The translations under genes were made by a program, and so were the position numbers. DNA of 64,000 nucleotides from Heptranchias perlo (lineage: Eukaryota): NCBI RefSeq assembly GCF_035084215.1, contig NC_090338.1, positions 21,514,001 to 21,578,000 on the forward strand, read 5' to 3'. Position 1 is the first letter of the stretch, and the number at the start of each line of letters is the position of its first letter. The notes under the pieces were generated by a model. It ran no database searches. It was not told the origin of the DNA and saw only the letters and a program-made list of their open reading frames with translations. Below are positions 1-13,759 of this stretch, piece after piece.

Positions 1-1981
1 AATAATTTTGCAGTGCACGTCCCTGTGTAATAAGACGACCCCTCCCTTGTTCAAAATGGCTATCATCAACAAGCCCAATTTTCCCCTCTCTGGTTTTGCA
101 CATTGTTGGCAATGCTACAGGGCATCATTAAATAGTGGGCATCTGGCCCTCTGTTTGCCAGTTGTCAATTTTTGACTCGTGTTTATCTGCACATAGTTAA
201 GCAATGGTTTACAAAAGAAAAGAAATCAAATATGGCAGCAGACTCGCACTGCCCCGATGCAGAACTCCAAGAAGACAGTGAGAATTGCCATTTTCTGACC
301 ACATGCAACTTATCATGAATGCATTAATCGAGGAAGCAAAGGCTTATGACTGCAGGAACTGCAGTATTCACAAGCAACATGACCTGTTATTGTGACCGTT
401 TGATTTTGGTTTACCATCTTGCCTCCCCTCTCCCTCCTCCAATGCCCGACCTAAAAATGAATTTCTATCACTGAACTTGTCATGCCTTAATTACCCAGAA
501 GAACATTTTATTTGTTCAATTAAAAGACGTTGGAAATTATTTTTATGTTGGGTATAAGTTGAACAAAAAGACATTTCTAAATCTTGGTTTATTCATATTT
601 ATTCCATTTTGTTCATTTAAATAAGTTAAATTATTATTTTTCTAAATTATGTATTCTTGCCTGAAGACCTTTCAGAAGTGTCCCCTCGAGCTAAATTACA
701 GTCCTTCTCTAATCTGTACTGAAGTTGCAACCTTTGGGGAAAGTTATTTTTTTAAAAAAAGCTTTGCAATTATTAATGTTCTCAAAGAGTTCCATTTATG
801 AACTATCCCCATTTAAATTCTTGTCTGGAAAGTGAGTTATAGGTCTGTTTTATAAAAAGTACATTCTTATACAAATTTTAGTGAGAGAAAAAAGTATTTG
901 AGTTGTCGACGCCAGGCCCTACAGTGGCTTTCTGCTTAACCTTCTGCTATCTCAATGAAAGAAAAGCAGAATGGCCCAGGGGAATGGAAACAATGACTGG
1001 GAAGGGATTATGGAAGGGATGCAATCACTTGATGGATATCTGATTGTTTCGGTACGAGATTCTACATCGACGGCCATGCTGCTTCAGGCAGATTGTAACC
1101 GGAGAAACAAGGGGTTAAAAGATACTGAGCAATTTGTCTGTCTCTAATTTACATGTGTGTACAGCTGTTCCAAGTGTGTGTGGGGTCAGGCTATGTGGCA
1201 TCGGTGCAGGTAGTTTGTCCATATTGATGTCTTGAGGGAGCCCATTTGGGGACAGCAAAATACTATCTTGCATTTTTCTGTATTCTAAAATAATCATGTT
1301 GATTGTTAGGTAGAAAATTGCACTGGGCATTTAACAATGAGGTAAAGGATCATTTTACAAGGCAAATATCTAATGGAGTTACTTGTCAACCTATGGATTT
1401 AATGCTCGTACAAGATAAAAACCCACACAAATCAATCCTAATATAAAGCATTACAGCAGACTGAGATGTAGAGAGATACTTAACAGGCATTGCAATTAGC
1501 TTAAAGGAGCAGTATCCTTTTTCAAATCGGTTTGCCAGTCAATATCATAAATTTGAAATTTACCAGCATTGGTGCTCAGTAAAGTAGTTGGTGTTCAGGT
1601 AAAATGATGATGCAGTGGCACAGTGTTGGTATACCAGTACGTTGTAAATGCTTCTTCGATTTCAACTATGTTGAAATCAAGACTCAATAAACAGTCTCCT
1701 GCTCCATTTCAGTCATTTCCAGGACCTCACAACCTGCTTCAGTCCTTCCATCCTTCTTAGAATTTCTAGGCATTTAAAACCAAAGCTTGGTGTCACAACC
1801 ATCAATTCCATAATAATACCATCTCCTACTTTTACTTTTTTTTAACTTGTCTTGCCTTGCTTTTTGGACCCTGGGCCTTCCTGTTGGTTTCTCCATTAAA
1901 AACACGGAGTATGGGATTATACATGTGATCAATAAGGAGCTTCATCACATTTTGAGTCATTAAAAAAAAGTCTATTTTTAG

Positions 1982-2119
1982 ACAAAAAGCAAAATACTGC
2001 AGATGCTGGAACTCTGAAATAAAAGCTGGAAATGCTGGAAATGCTGAGCAGGTCAGGCAGCATCTGTGGAGAAAGAAACAGGGTTAGTGTTTCAGGTCAA
2101 TGACCTTTCATCAGAACTC
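1982..2119 (-). mobile_element. Short Penelope-derived terminal repeat fragment with a degenerate hammerhead
   Basis: The minus strand reads gagtt-CTGATGA-a-aggtc-att-gacct-GAAAcact-aaccc, followed by tgtttctttctccacagatgctgcctgacctgctcagcatttccagc. I recognise this as an abundant elasmobranch repeat; family assignment is inference. Confidence 0.6.
2081..2119 (-). ncRNA. Degenerate minimal type I hammerhead ribozyme
   Basis: CUGAUGA and GAAA cores flank a 5-bp helix II (AGGUC/GACCU). Helix I is GAGUU/AACCC with one mismatch. Helix III reads ACACU, which is not palindromic and is probably decayed. Confidence 0.55.
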
Positions 2120-3069
2120 ATTTAAGTTTAGTATCTGTTTGTAAGAGATGGCTGGTCACATGAAACTTGTTTTAATGTAACTGTTGATTTAGCTCTTTGG
2201 TCTTTATGATAACTTTCTGCTGAGCCATCAGTCTAATGCGTATGATAGTTATCTGTTAATTCCCCTCTGATCTGCCAAAGGGAGCCCCTGCTCGCCAACA
2301 CTTCTCACACTACTGTACTGCAACCTGCAGCATGTAGAGACTCTGTGATGTTTAGATAAAACCCCCAAGGGTAAATTACCTCACTGTTTTGAGTACATTG
2401 AGCAGTGTGTAAATGGCAGAGGAAAGTCTTTGAGCAAGGAAATGTGGCTGGAAATTATTTCCACCACTTGTATGCCATTAAAACATCACCCCCCGTCCCC
2501 GAGTTTGCACATGCTTTTTGAACCTTGACGTGTGAGGCCCCATTGCCCTCATTTGCATATGTCAGAGAGCCAGTGACACAGCGACAAGTTTCCTGGATTC
2601 GTACTGCTAATGCATTCTGGGTAAATGTGACTGAGATTTATAAGGCACAACAGCTGCCGGGACCAGCTGATACGGACAGAGGTAAGGAGTTCCCCACACA
2701 GAGGAGACTGGAGATTTTGAATACAGATTTCTGCAACTGGGAAATGCTTCTTAAAGCCTTCTTTGCCATTCTGCCTACACACACCTGTACTTGCTCCCCA
2801 CTGCATCCCAAGGTCAGGCCACCGGAAGACTTTTGGACCTATCACCCCGGCCCCTAACCCACAGTGGGATTCCCAGGAGCAGGTATGGCATTCCTTGTGG
2901 GCTTACGCTTGTCTGCCATTATCATTGTGGAGGAACATCACAGGATGGAGCAAAGGATACTGACAATATTTACTGGTATAGATGTCAGAGCTCATGCCAT
3001 CACTGAGGTCTTCTCTTCTGTGGAACAACATCAACTATTGACATCCACGGCCTTACCCCGATCTCGAGG

Positions 3070-5368
3070 AACTAATTAGGGAACAGGCTATTTTAGGTCT
3101 AGTATTGTGTAATGAGACAGGGTTAATCAGTAATCTTATAGCAATCCTCTGGGGAAGAGTGATCATAACATGATAGAATTTCATAGATTTTGAAAGAGTT
3201 GTAGTTAAGTCCAAAACTAGGGTCTTAAATTTAAACATAGCCAATTACGTAGGTATGAGGGGTGAGTTGGCTAAGGTAGATTGGGAAATTAGATTAAAAG
3301 ATATGATGGTAGATATAATGGTGAACATTTCAAGAAATATTTCAAAATTCTCATCAAATACACATGCCCTTGGGCTATAAAAACTCCACAGGAAAATGAT
3401 CCATTTGTGGCTAACTGGAGAAGTTAAGGATAGTATTAGATTAAAACAAGATGCTTACAATGTGGCCAAAAAGAGTAGTAAGCCTAAGTATTGGGGGGGT
3501 TTTAGAAGTCAGCAAAGGATGGTCAAGAAATTGATGAAGAGGGAGAAAATAGAATATGGGAGTAAACTAGCAAGAAATATAAAAACAGAATGTAAGAGCA
3601 TCTAAAAATATGTAAAAAGGAAGAAACTAGCGAAAGTAAACATGGGTCCGTTAGAGGCAGAGACAGGAGAAATTATAATGGGGAATAAGGAAGTGGCAGA
3701 GATGTTAAACAAACATTTTGTATCTGTCTTCACAGTAGAAGACACAAAAAAGTATCGGAAATAGTGGGGAGCCAAGGGTCTAATGAGAATGAGGAACTTA
3801 AAGTAATTAAGGTAACTAAAGAAAAAGTACTGGAGAAATTAATGGGACCAAAAGCTGACAAATCACCTGGACGTGATGATCTACATCCTGGGGTTTTAAA
3901 AGAGGTGGCTGAAGAGATGGTGGATGCATTGGTTTTGATCTTCCAGAATTCTCTAGGTTCTAGAACGATCCCTGTAGATTGGAAGGTAGCAAATGTAACC
4001 ACGCTATTCAAGAAAGGAGAGAGAGAGAAAACAGGGAAATATGGGCCAGTTAGCCTGGTATCAGTAGTAGGGAAAATGCTAGAATCTGTTATTAAGGACA
4101 TAGTAACAGGGCGCTTAAAAAATCATAAGATTAGGTGAGTCAACACGGTTTTATGAAAGGGAAATCATGTTTGACAACTCTATTGGGGGTTTTTGAGGAT
4201 GTAACTTGCAGGGTAGATAAGGGAGAACCAGTGGATGTAGAATATTTGAATTTTCAAAAGGCATTCGATAAGGTGCCACACAAGATGTTGTTACACAAGG
4301 TTAGGGCTCATGGGATTGGGGGTAATATTTTAGCATGGATTGAGGATTGGTTAATGGACAGAAAACAGAGCAGGAATAAATGGGTCATTTTCAGGGTGGC
4401 AGGTTATAACTAGTGGGGTACCACAAGCATCAGTGCTTGGGCCTCAGCTGTTTACAATATATATCAGTGACTTAGGTGAGGGGACTGAGTGTAATGTGTC
4501 CAAGTTTGCTGACGATACAAAGCTAGATGGGAAAGTAAGCTTTGAGGAGGATGCAAAGAGGCTGCAAAGGGATATAAACAGGTTAAGTGAGTGGGTGAGA
4601 AGGCGTCAGATGGAGTATAATGTGGGGAAATGTGAAATGAGCCACTTTGGTCGGAAGAATAGAAAAGCAGCATATTTTTTAAAAGATGAGAGACGAAGAA
4701 AGGTTGGTATTCAGAGGGATTTAGGTATCCTTGTACACGAATCACAGAAAGTTAACGTGCAGGTACAACAAGCAATTAGGAAGGCAAAAGGTATGTTAGC
4801 CTTCATTGCAAGGGGGTTGGAGTGTAAGAGTAAGGAGGTCTTTATGCAATTATATAGGGCTCTGGTGGGACCACACCTGGAGTAGTGTGTACAGTTTTGG
4901 TCTCCTTACCTGAGGAAGGATATACTTGCCTTAGAGGGGGTGCAGCGGAGGTTCACTAGATTGATCTTGGGATGAGAGAATTGTCCTCGGAGGAGAGATT
5001 AAGTAGAATGGGCCTATTTTCTTTGGAGTTTAGAAGAACGAGAGGTGATCTCATTGAAACGTATAAAATTCTTAGAGGGCTTGACGGTAGATGCTGAGAG
5101 GCCATTTCCCCTGGATGGAGAGTCTAAAACTAGGGTTCATAGTCTCAAGATAAGGGGTCACACATTTCGGACCGAGATGAGGTAAAATTTCTTCACTCGG
5201 AGGGTTGTGAATCTTTGGAATTCTCTACCCCAGAGGGTTTAGCCATTGAGTATATTCAAGATTGAGATCAATAGATTTTTGGGCACGAAAGGGATCAAGG
5301 AATATGGGGATATGGTGAGAAAGTGGAGTTGAGGTAAAAGATGAGCCATGATCTTATTGAATGGCGGA
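3070..5368 (+). mobile_element. CR1 LINE (family A), 5'-truncated, decayed ORF2
   Basis: ORF pieces [57 protein letters not shown] with frameshifts and stops. The 3' UTR is interrupted at gaatggcgga (5368) and resumes at 7536. Confidence 0.93.
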
Positions 5369-7535
5369 ACTGGGAAATTAGGTTAAGGGATAGGTCAGTA
5401 GAGATGCAGTGGCCAACATTTAATGAGATATTTCATAATACTCAGCAAAGATACATTCCAGTGAGAAACAAAGACGCTGGGGGAAGGACGTACCATCCGT
5501 GGCTAACTAAGGAAGTTAAAGATAGTATCAAATTGAAAGAAAAAGCATACAATTCTGCGAAGATTAGTGGCAGGTCAGAAGATTGGACAGAATATAAAAA
5601 ACAGCAAAGAATAACTGAAAGAATAATGAGGAGGGAAAAATTAGAGTACGAGAGAAAGCTAGCTAGAAATACAAAAACAGATAGTAAGAGTTTCTACAGG
5701 TATTTAAAATGAAAAGAGTAAGTAAAGTGAGAATTGATCCTCTAGAGAGTGAGTCTGGGAAATTAATAATGGAGAACAAGGAAATTGTGGATGAATTGAA
5801 CAGATATTTTGCATCTGTCTTCACTGTAGAAGATGCAAATAACATGCCAGAAATAATTGTGAATCAAGAGGTGAAAGGGAGGGAGGAACTTAAAACATTT
5901 ACAATTGCCAGGGAAAGGCTTCTGAAAGAATTATTAGAACTAAAAGCTGACAAGTCCCCACGACTTGATGGACTTCATCCTTGGGTCTTAAAAGAAGTGG
6001 CTGCAGAGATAGTAGATGCATTGGTAATTTTCCAAAATTCCCGAGATTCTGGAAGGATCCCATCATCTTGGACAATAGCAAATGTAACTCCTCTATTGAA
6101 GAAAGGAGGGAAACAGAGAGCAGGACACTATAGGCCAGTTAGCTTAACATCTGTCATAGGGAAAATGCTAGAATCTATTATTAAGGAGCTTATAGCAGGG
6201 CACTTGGAAAATCTAAATGCAATCAGGCAGAGTCAACACGGCTTTGTGAAAGGGAAATCGTGTTTGACGAATTTATTAGAGTTCTTTGACGAAGTAACAA
6301 GCAATGTGAATAAAGGGGATCCTGTGGATGTGGTGTACTTGGATTTCCAGAAGGCATTTGACAAAGTGCCACATCAAAGGCTACTACACAAAATAAGAGT
6401 TCATGGTTTAGGGGGTAACATTAGCATGGATAAAGGATTGGTTAACTAACAGGAAACAAAGAGTAGGTATAAATGGGTAATTTTCAGGTTGGCAAGATGT
6501 AACGAGTGGAGTGCCACAAGGATCAGTGCTGGGGCCTCAACCATTTACAATCTATATCAATGACTTGGATGAAGGGACCGAATGTATGGTTGCTAAATTT
6601 GCTGATGACACAAAGGTAGGTAGGAAAGTAAGTTGTGAAGAAGACATATGGAGTCTGCAAAGGGATATAGATAGGTTAAGTGAATGGGCAAAAATTTGGT
6701 AGATGGAGTATAATGTGGGAAAGTGTGAACTTGTCCACTTTGGCAGGAGGAATAGAAAAGTAGTATATTATTTAAATGGAGAGAGATTGCAGAACTCTGA
6801 GGTACAGAAGTACCTGGGTGTCCTAGTACATGAATCACAAAAAGTTAGTATGCAGGTACAGCAAGTGATTAGGAAGGCAAATGGAATGTTGTCATTTATT
6901 GCAAGGAGAATGGAATATAAAAATAGACATGTTTTGCTACAGTTGTACAGGGCATTGGTGAGACCACATCTAGAATACTGTATGCAGTTTTGGTCTCCTT
7001 ATTTAAGAAAGGACATAATTGCTTTAGAGGCGGTTCAGAGAAGGTTCACTCGACTGATTCCTGGGATGAGGGGGTTATCTTATGAGGAAAGATTGAACAA
7101 GTTGGGCCTGTATACACTGGAGTTTAGAAGAATGAGAGGTGATCTTATTGAAATATATAAGATCCTGAGGGGACTTGAAGGGATAGATGCTGAGAGGATG
7201 TTTCCCCTTGTGGGAGAGACTGGAACTAGAGGACACAGTTTAAAAATAAGGGGTCTCCCATTTAAGACGGAGATGAGGAGTAATTTTTCCTCTCAGAGGG
7301 TCGTGAGTCTATGGAACTCCCCTCCCCAGAGAGCGGTGGAGGCAGGGTCATTGAATATTTTTAAGGCTGAGTTAGATAGATTCCTGATTAACAAGGGAGT
7401 CAAAGGTTATAGTAGGTAGACGGGAAAGTAGGGTTGAGGTCACAACCAGTTCAACCATGATCTTATCAAATGGCAGAGCAGGCTCGAGGGGCCGAATGGC
7501 CTATTCCTGCATTTAATTTGTATGTTCATATATTA
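5369..7535 (+). mobile_element. CR1 LINE (family A subfamily) inserted in the 3' UTR of the preceding CR1
   Basis: ORFs 5709-6449, 6511-6702 and 6703-7419 carry RT motifs (YLDFQKAFDKVPH, PQGSVLGP, FADDTK, RPHLEYC). It has its own 3' UTR and tail at about 7420-7535. Confidence 0.93.
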
Positions 7536-7589
7536 GCAGGCTCGAGGGGCTATATGGCCTACTCCTGCTCCTATTTCTTATATTCTTAT
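7536..7589 (+). mobile_element. Displaced 3' terminus of the CR1 at 3070-5368
   Basis: gcaggctcgaggggctatatggcctactcctgctcctatttcttatattcttat joins seamlessly to gaatggcgga at 5368. Compare the intact end at about 28823-28886. Confidence 0.85.
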
Positions 7590-8204
7590 CTTCCCTACTT
7601 TCAAATAAAAGGACATTCCCTCAAACCATTACCCCACCTACCACATGGCAGCACATCAGCCCTTTTTGCCCATATATGACTGTACCAATCATCATCACCT
7701 GAGTGAAAACGTCAGCGTTAAATAAGTGCACTCTTTCCTGTATGACTCTGACTTTCATCAAGAACAAAGTGAAATGTCAGTGCACATTCTGTTTTAATAC
7801 CGTGAATCCCAAAGTGCAAACAATCAACTAACGCCATTCACACATGTGCCTATTTTTTAAAACTATTCTCTTGCTTCTTCTAGGTGGGACTTTGGGGCCA
7901 GGGTTGTAAGAGGGATACGCATGCTCTACAGAAGGCTCACTTACTAAGTTTGCCATCATCACATGGCAGTTTTCTCCTGGCAGGGAAGTGCTGCTCGTTG
8001 CATCTCTGGAGCTTGCCCCTGGGCAGCCTGGTTTTGCCTCCCACATTTCAGTGGTGTGGCTCTCTGAGGGGGAAGGCCAGGGACTTGGCATGTACTACAG
8101 TCCTGAGAGATAGTAATATTAGGCAGGTGGATTCCACGCTTCGCCATTCCACCAAGGCCCTGGATCTGTGGCCTCACTGATCAGTAGGATGGCTGGTCTA
8201 ATAA

Positions 8205-8525
8205 AAGGAAAGGACTTGCATTTATATGACGCATTTCACAACCTCAGCACGTCACAAAGTGCTTTACAGCCAATAAAGTGCTTTTGAACTGTAGTCACTG
8301 TTGGAATGTAGTAAACACAGCAGCCAAGTTTCTCACAGCAAGGTCCCACAAACAGCAATGTGATAATGACCAGATAATCTGGTTTTTAGGTGTTGTTCGA
8401 GGGATAAATGTTGGCCAGGACACTAGGGAGAACTCCCCTGCTCTTCTTTGAAATAGTGCCATGGGCTCATTTACATCTACCTGAGAGGGCAGACGGGCTT
8501 CAGTTTAACGTCTCTTCCGAAAGAT
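8205..8525 (-). mobile_element. Deu-domain SINE (SacSINE1/AmnSINE1-like), partial
   Basis: Reverse complement of the Deu core (ctttcggaagagacgttaaac..ccgtctgccctctcagg..cccatggcactatttcaaagaagagcaggggagttctccc) plus an L2-like tail (acttgcatttata). Confidence 0.75.
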
Positions 8526-9756
8526 GATGAATTCTGAAAGCCCTCAGACAAGCAGTCACCATAGTGTGGAAGCCACGATTCATGCTGCGCTCCATTCTGC
8601 CCCCGATTGCCTCCAGTGCTGCAGTCTCTGTTTTCGTGGAGGTGGAGACACTGGCTGGGAATGTGTAGCAGATTCCAATGAAGCTGCCACTCACTCCATT
8701 GGTCCTATGCCTTGCTGCCCTCTGAATCCAGGTAGTGGCAGTGTAGTCATCGTCATTTGGAATAATTATAATGAAAATATTGCTTAGACATGCAGTGAAG
8801 TTATTTGAGAGTGAAGTTAAAGAGACGACCACTGTTCCACTCAATAATATTTGTGCCCCAGTGTGCTATTGAAGAGTGCAGGCTAAACTGTTGTTAAAGG
8901 CTACACGGAAGCTTCCAGGTCATTCAGCTGCTTCTGCCATTCTACACAGGTTTTACACCAATGCCTGCACCAATGAGAATACGTTTGAGGAGACCCCGGA
9001 AACCCGTGTGTACTGCCCTCTATAGGCCGCTGGCAGACGGAATTTTCTTTTAAAAGAAGCAACAGCAATATAACTCGCTTTGGAGAAATTCTAGGCTCCC
9101 CATGTATAAGTTTTATATTATCGGCACTGGTTCAGGCTCACCATTAGTAAGCAAAGTGTTCTGTCGTTCGATATTTTTGTATTTGAGGAGATCTAAGTTA
9201 GAAATTCTGTAACCAAGTGTAGCCTGCGGGACTGAATTATGTTACTGTTTAATCTTTAATTTTAATAAACCTGCTTTGTAGTTTGTAGGTTAAATCATAG
9301 GTCTCACGAATATTATTCTTCTGCTATTTAAAGCCTGGAAGAACACAAGCGGACTTTTGTCAGTTCATTGAGCTATTACAGTAATGAGGGTCCTTGCTTG
9401 ACCCCAAAGCAACACATCATTACCAGCTATTGTGCTTGTAAAGGCACACTTTGGTTTCAATAATTGGGAACGCTGCATTACAAGAGTATTTTTTTTTGCT
9501 GCAGAGCACAGGTGAAATATCTAAGTAAAGCCTAAAAATGTAATGGTACATTCACACTAATAGTATCCTCCTCCCCAATCCTTCTGAAGTGAGTTTGCCA
9601 ATCTTCATTGAGATGTCAGGTGGAAACTGAGTGTAGAAGAGGGGTAAGATGCAAATCAGCGTGGAGGGAAAATTGTCAGGGGAGTCAGTCTGGGTTGGCC
9701 TTGAGTGGCTCTTTGTGGGTAAACTCGAGCACCATAAGAGTAAAACATAGAAGAAA

Positions 9757-9860
9757 AAAAAGACTTACATTTATATTGAGCCTTTCACCATCTCAGGACA
9801 TCCCAAAGCATTTTTACAGTCAATGAAGTACTTTTGAATTGTAGTCACTGTTGCAACGTT
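9757..9860 (-). mobile_element. SINE 3' tail fragment
   Basis: Matches 8210-8310 (gacttacatttatat..ctcaggacatcccaaagc..cttttgaattgtagtcactgttg). Confidence 0.65.
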
Positions 9861-11149
9861 ACATCCTCTCAACCTGAGAATGGCACTCGATATAAGCGGA
9901 ACTTAATGAAGGGAGAGAATGCTGGGATACCAACAAAAATAATTGACTTAGTTACCTGCAACAAGGGAAAACTATATGTATAAGATTTTAAAAACATACA
10001 ACCCTTATGTACTGTAATAAGGAACAAATTGAAAGATTAAGCAATCCGAGGTGGAATCCTTCAGTTGACGAGACGATGTGCCACTGCTTCCTGTGGTACG
10101 CAAGTAAGTATGTAATTGCTTTCAATCAAGTTCTCAAAACTTTGAGAAAAGTTACTCCTTCGATGAAGAAACTGATCATGTTGTTTTGTTTGCTGGCACG
10201 TCTCCCCTGATATTGCCCGTAGTAAGTCCGAGGAAGTGTTGTTTTATAAGGACAGGAGGATTTTGCCATGCAATACACAATGTACTATCCCATTACTAAG
10301 GTAAAGTTGCATCCCCGCAAGGCCACAAAGTAAACAGAACCTCAGGCCAATTGTTGTTTGGTCCAGTGACCTTGCAAATTGGAATATGCTGGTCGGTTTC
10401 AGGCTCCAGCTCAAAAGCACACAGCATTTTAAAATTGTTTGCATTTGTAACTATGTGTCATGTCTGTGAATGCCGATGTATAGATTTTTAATAAATGTGG
10501 GCTCATTTATAGGTGTGATTAATAGTGCCTTTGGGTCTGGAACACAGATTTGTTTGCTTAAAATATCAATTGGCATCTGCTATCCATGGATCCATCCCCC
10601 AGAACAAGGCACAGTCTTTAGAGAAGGAGGGGGAATATTAATTTATTATAACTGGGGGATCTGCTTTATGTATAAGAACACTGGGTCAGATAGGTTGCTA
10701 ACTGAAGATGTCGAGTTACAATTTTCGGTGTCTGGTATCCACCATTTCGAGGATGTTGTCATAATGAACTGTAAGATCCAGACAGTTTACTGCAAATCTC
10801 AGCCGTGCTCATTTTCCGGTCAGCCCTAGAGCTGGTGTCAGAGGGTCTTGCCTAAAGCAGGAGGGAGTTTTGTTTGTGTACACAAAGAAAGCAGGAAAGA
10901 GTGCTGCTCTGTTCCCCAGCCAACGAGCGCACAGGGTGCCACGTCCCCAGCATGCTCCGGAAACTTTCAGATAGGGAAGGCCTTTAAAAGGGCCACAGAT
11001 CTGTGTTTTAGGCCTTTTCTGGACCTTTCTTGTTCATTTTATTTCTGTTTTCCCCCCCACTGCTGGCACTTTGGCTTTCATGAGCCTTTGTGCTAGTTGT
11101 CATTAATTATTTGCTTTTTGCTCTCAGCTCCCTTTACTGGCATCATTGG

Positions 11150-11400
11150 ATTTTCCAATGAGGATCCTTCATGCTGACATGTTGAAAAGAAGGGAAGGAT
11201 CAAGGAGGGGTGTCAAGCTGCCTCAGAGGTACTAGCATACTCTAAAGAGAGAGGTGAAAAGTCCTCATTTTGGCAGACATTGAGCTGTTGTAGGCTCCTC
11301 TTCCCAAAGGAAGCTGTGTCAGAAGATTTCCCGATGTCATCACAAAGAAATGTGAATGCCTGACCAACCTTTGTGCTGGAAGCTTCTTCAGCAGCATCCC
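11150..11400 (+). pseudogene. Possible heavily decayed Harbinger transposase N-terminus
   Basis: Short translations CCRLLFPKEAVSE and NLCAGSF resemble the RRRFTRHVVVDIC and ALHNFSSASFQ segments of the Harbinger remnants elsewhere in the window. There is no ORF. Confidence 0.3.
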
Positions 11401-13759
11401 AATCATAACATGCTATGCTTTACATAATAGTGCATGAAAGAAGGCATGCCAGGGTGACCAAGAGCCAGCATTACCTGATGGGCTGCAGCTGGCAAGATGC
11501 TGCCAAACATTTCTGCAGCCCTGGCATGCTGCAGAGGGCTGGGACAATAATGGCCAGCTGAAGTTTGGAATCATCATCTTACAGGCATGCTGCGTTGCAG
11601 GCCAGTGGGGATGTTGCTGCGGAATGGGACAGAGGACAACCTTTTTTTACAGGCATCCCAGGCAGTACCATCTTGACTTCACCAGCATACACAGGTATTG
11701 GATGCTACTCCATCACTTGGCTACAGACTGATGCCTGCACCTAGGTTTCTCTTGCCCTCCAACTTTGTCTGCTATTTATTAATCTCCTGCCCTTTCAGCC
11801 TTTGCAAGGGCTGCTGATGGGGTTGAGATCCATAAGGCTCTCCAAAAGCATGTTGAATTTTTGTTGCCCCTTGTGTAATACTTATTTGTCCGTATCACTT
11901 CTAATTTCATTTACACACAATTTTCCTCTCCTGCCACTCAAATCTTTCTAGATCTTTCTGTGCTTGCACCTGGAGATGTGAATAATTATTCAAATTAACC
12001 TAGGTTGGAGAATTGAGTGGTGTTTGTCCTTGAGAGTCAGGTCAGGTTAGGGCCAATTCTAAACTAGTTGCACCTGAAGAGGATAATCTGCCTGTTAGTT
12101 ATCCCTCAGCCAGTGAAGATGTAGCATCATTTGTTTGTGAGATGTCATTGGTGCAGAATCATTGCAATATTTGCATACATAATAAGACATTACATTCCAG
12201 AAATAATTAATTGTGCAAGTGCTTTGAGATGGTTCAGGGTGACAACGTGCATTGTAAATGCGCAATAGTACGGGGAAAAAAAAGTTTTAAGCTTATAGAT
12301 GCCAGACCAATTGGTATCTGCCGATTTTTGTTTCAGCAGTGCCCAAACTTCTCTCCCAAATTTACCCAGACAGTGCGTTTTAATGCCAATTTCAGAAAAT
12401 TAAACAGTATGATGTTTTAATTTCCCATTCCTATGGGATCTCTGGGTGAGATTGTTGAGTCAATGCCAGTTGTTGCAGCTGAATTTGAGGATGGTATTGT
12501 ACTGTGGGCATGTGTCCCATGTCCACTGGGTTGAGACTGGCCAAGCCAGAAGTTGTCATGCCATCTGTCTCCAAGGGGTTTCTATATTAATTTTTTTTTT
12601 CATTTTGTTATTTTTTTTTCCCCAGTGCAAGCATATCCTTCTGTCTATACTAACCTCCTCAGCCAGGAGAATGGAATCCATCTTTGTCTATAGTCAATTC
12701 ATGTCTAATTCATTCACCAGGAGGGTAACAGCTGAACAGTATTTGACCATCCAGTTCCACAAATTTGATAACTGTCTCGAATTGTCGTGCTTGCTCCCAG
12801 CCCCTGAACTTGACCGTTCAACCATATCTTGACAATAGTTCGCCAGTGACTCCTCAGTGGTAAATCCTTTAGGTACTTCTCTGTGCTGCAGGTGATCCCT
12901 TACCCTGGACAGATTTTCCTCCCTTTATACAGATGCACCGAGCAGAGGGTGGGCCCCCTCTATTAGAGTAGGCCATCGTAAGTCAAAATTGCATCTGCCA
13001 GTTAGAAGTTTGATGTTTCTAGTACTGCAGCACTCCCAAACCACAACAGATTGATCTTGTTGAGGGCTATCAAAAAGAAAATATGTGTTTGTGAAGCAGC
13101 GGCATTCCTTTTAAAAATTGATCTACTCATCAAGTTTCATGTCAGTTTCATAAATTTGGAATCAGTTCAGTGGTAATTGCTACATATAAGAGTAGAATTT
13201 AAGAGAGGGCACATTAAGTAAGCAGTCACATTTTATGTAATTGTGTATATATAGAATTACGGTTTGTTGCAAGTGAGTAATAAGGCTGCAATTTATTCAA
13301 TAAAATGGAAATCAGACTGATGATAGTTAAAAGCCATTATACTGACTGAAGACTATAAAAGGGTATTTTGATTCCATCGCTGCAGAATAATAATATCTAA
13401 CGACTCACAGGAGGGTGTAATAAAGAGAATAACAGATATCTGAAATGACATAATATCATAAATGACATAATATCAGGTAGAATGATAAACAGAGAGAGCC
13501 TGAACTTGCTCCTGTCTGTCATCTGAACCCCAAAGTGACATAGTTGCCTCAAAATAACTCCAGCGTATCATTCTTTATAATCACTGCTATAAGGCTTTTG
13601 ATCTTTACATCTACTGAAGGCAACCATGGTGGACACTGAGAGCCAGTACCTTCTGTGTCATTGTTTGTGATGCTATCCACACTAGAAGATTGAGTGGGAT
13701 GAAGGATTATTGAATAGGAATGAACAATTGAGGCCCAGTTATGTCATTTCAGATATCTG

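Noticed and set aside
2446-3065. Overlapping short ORFs, possibly a decayed DNA transposon gene
   Set aside because: No diagnostic motif or TIR pair could be confirmed by eye.
12915-12985. Possible small host exon (pyrimidine tract-ag ... gtaagt); similar candidates near 33500 and 39735
   Set aside because: Splice-like signals only. Most frames contain stops and no peptide is recognisable, so this cannot be supported without RNA data.
13443-13475. Tandem aaatgacataatatca x2
   Set aside because: An ordinary short slippage duplication.
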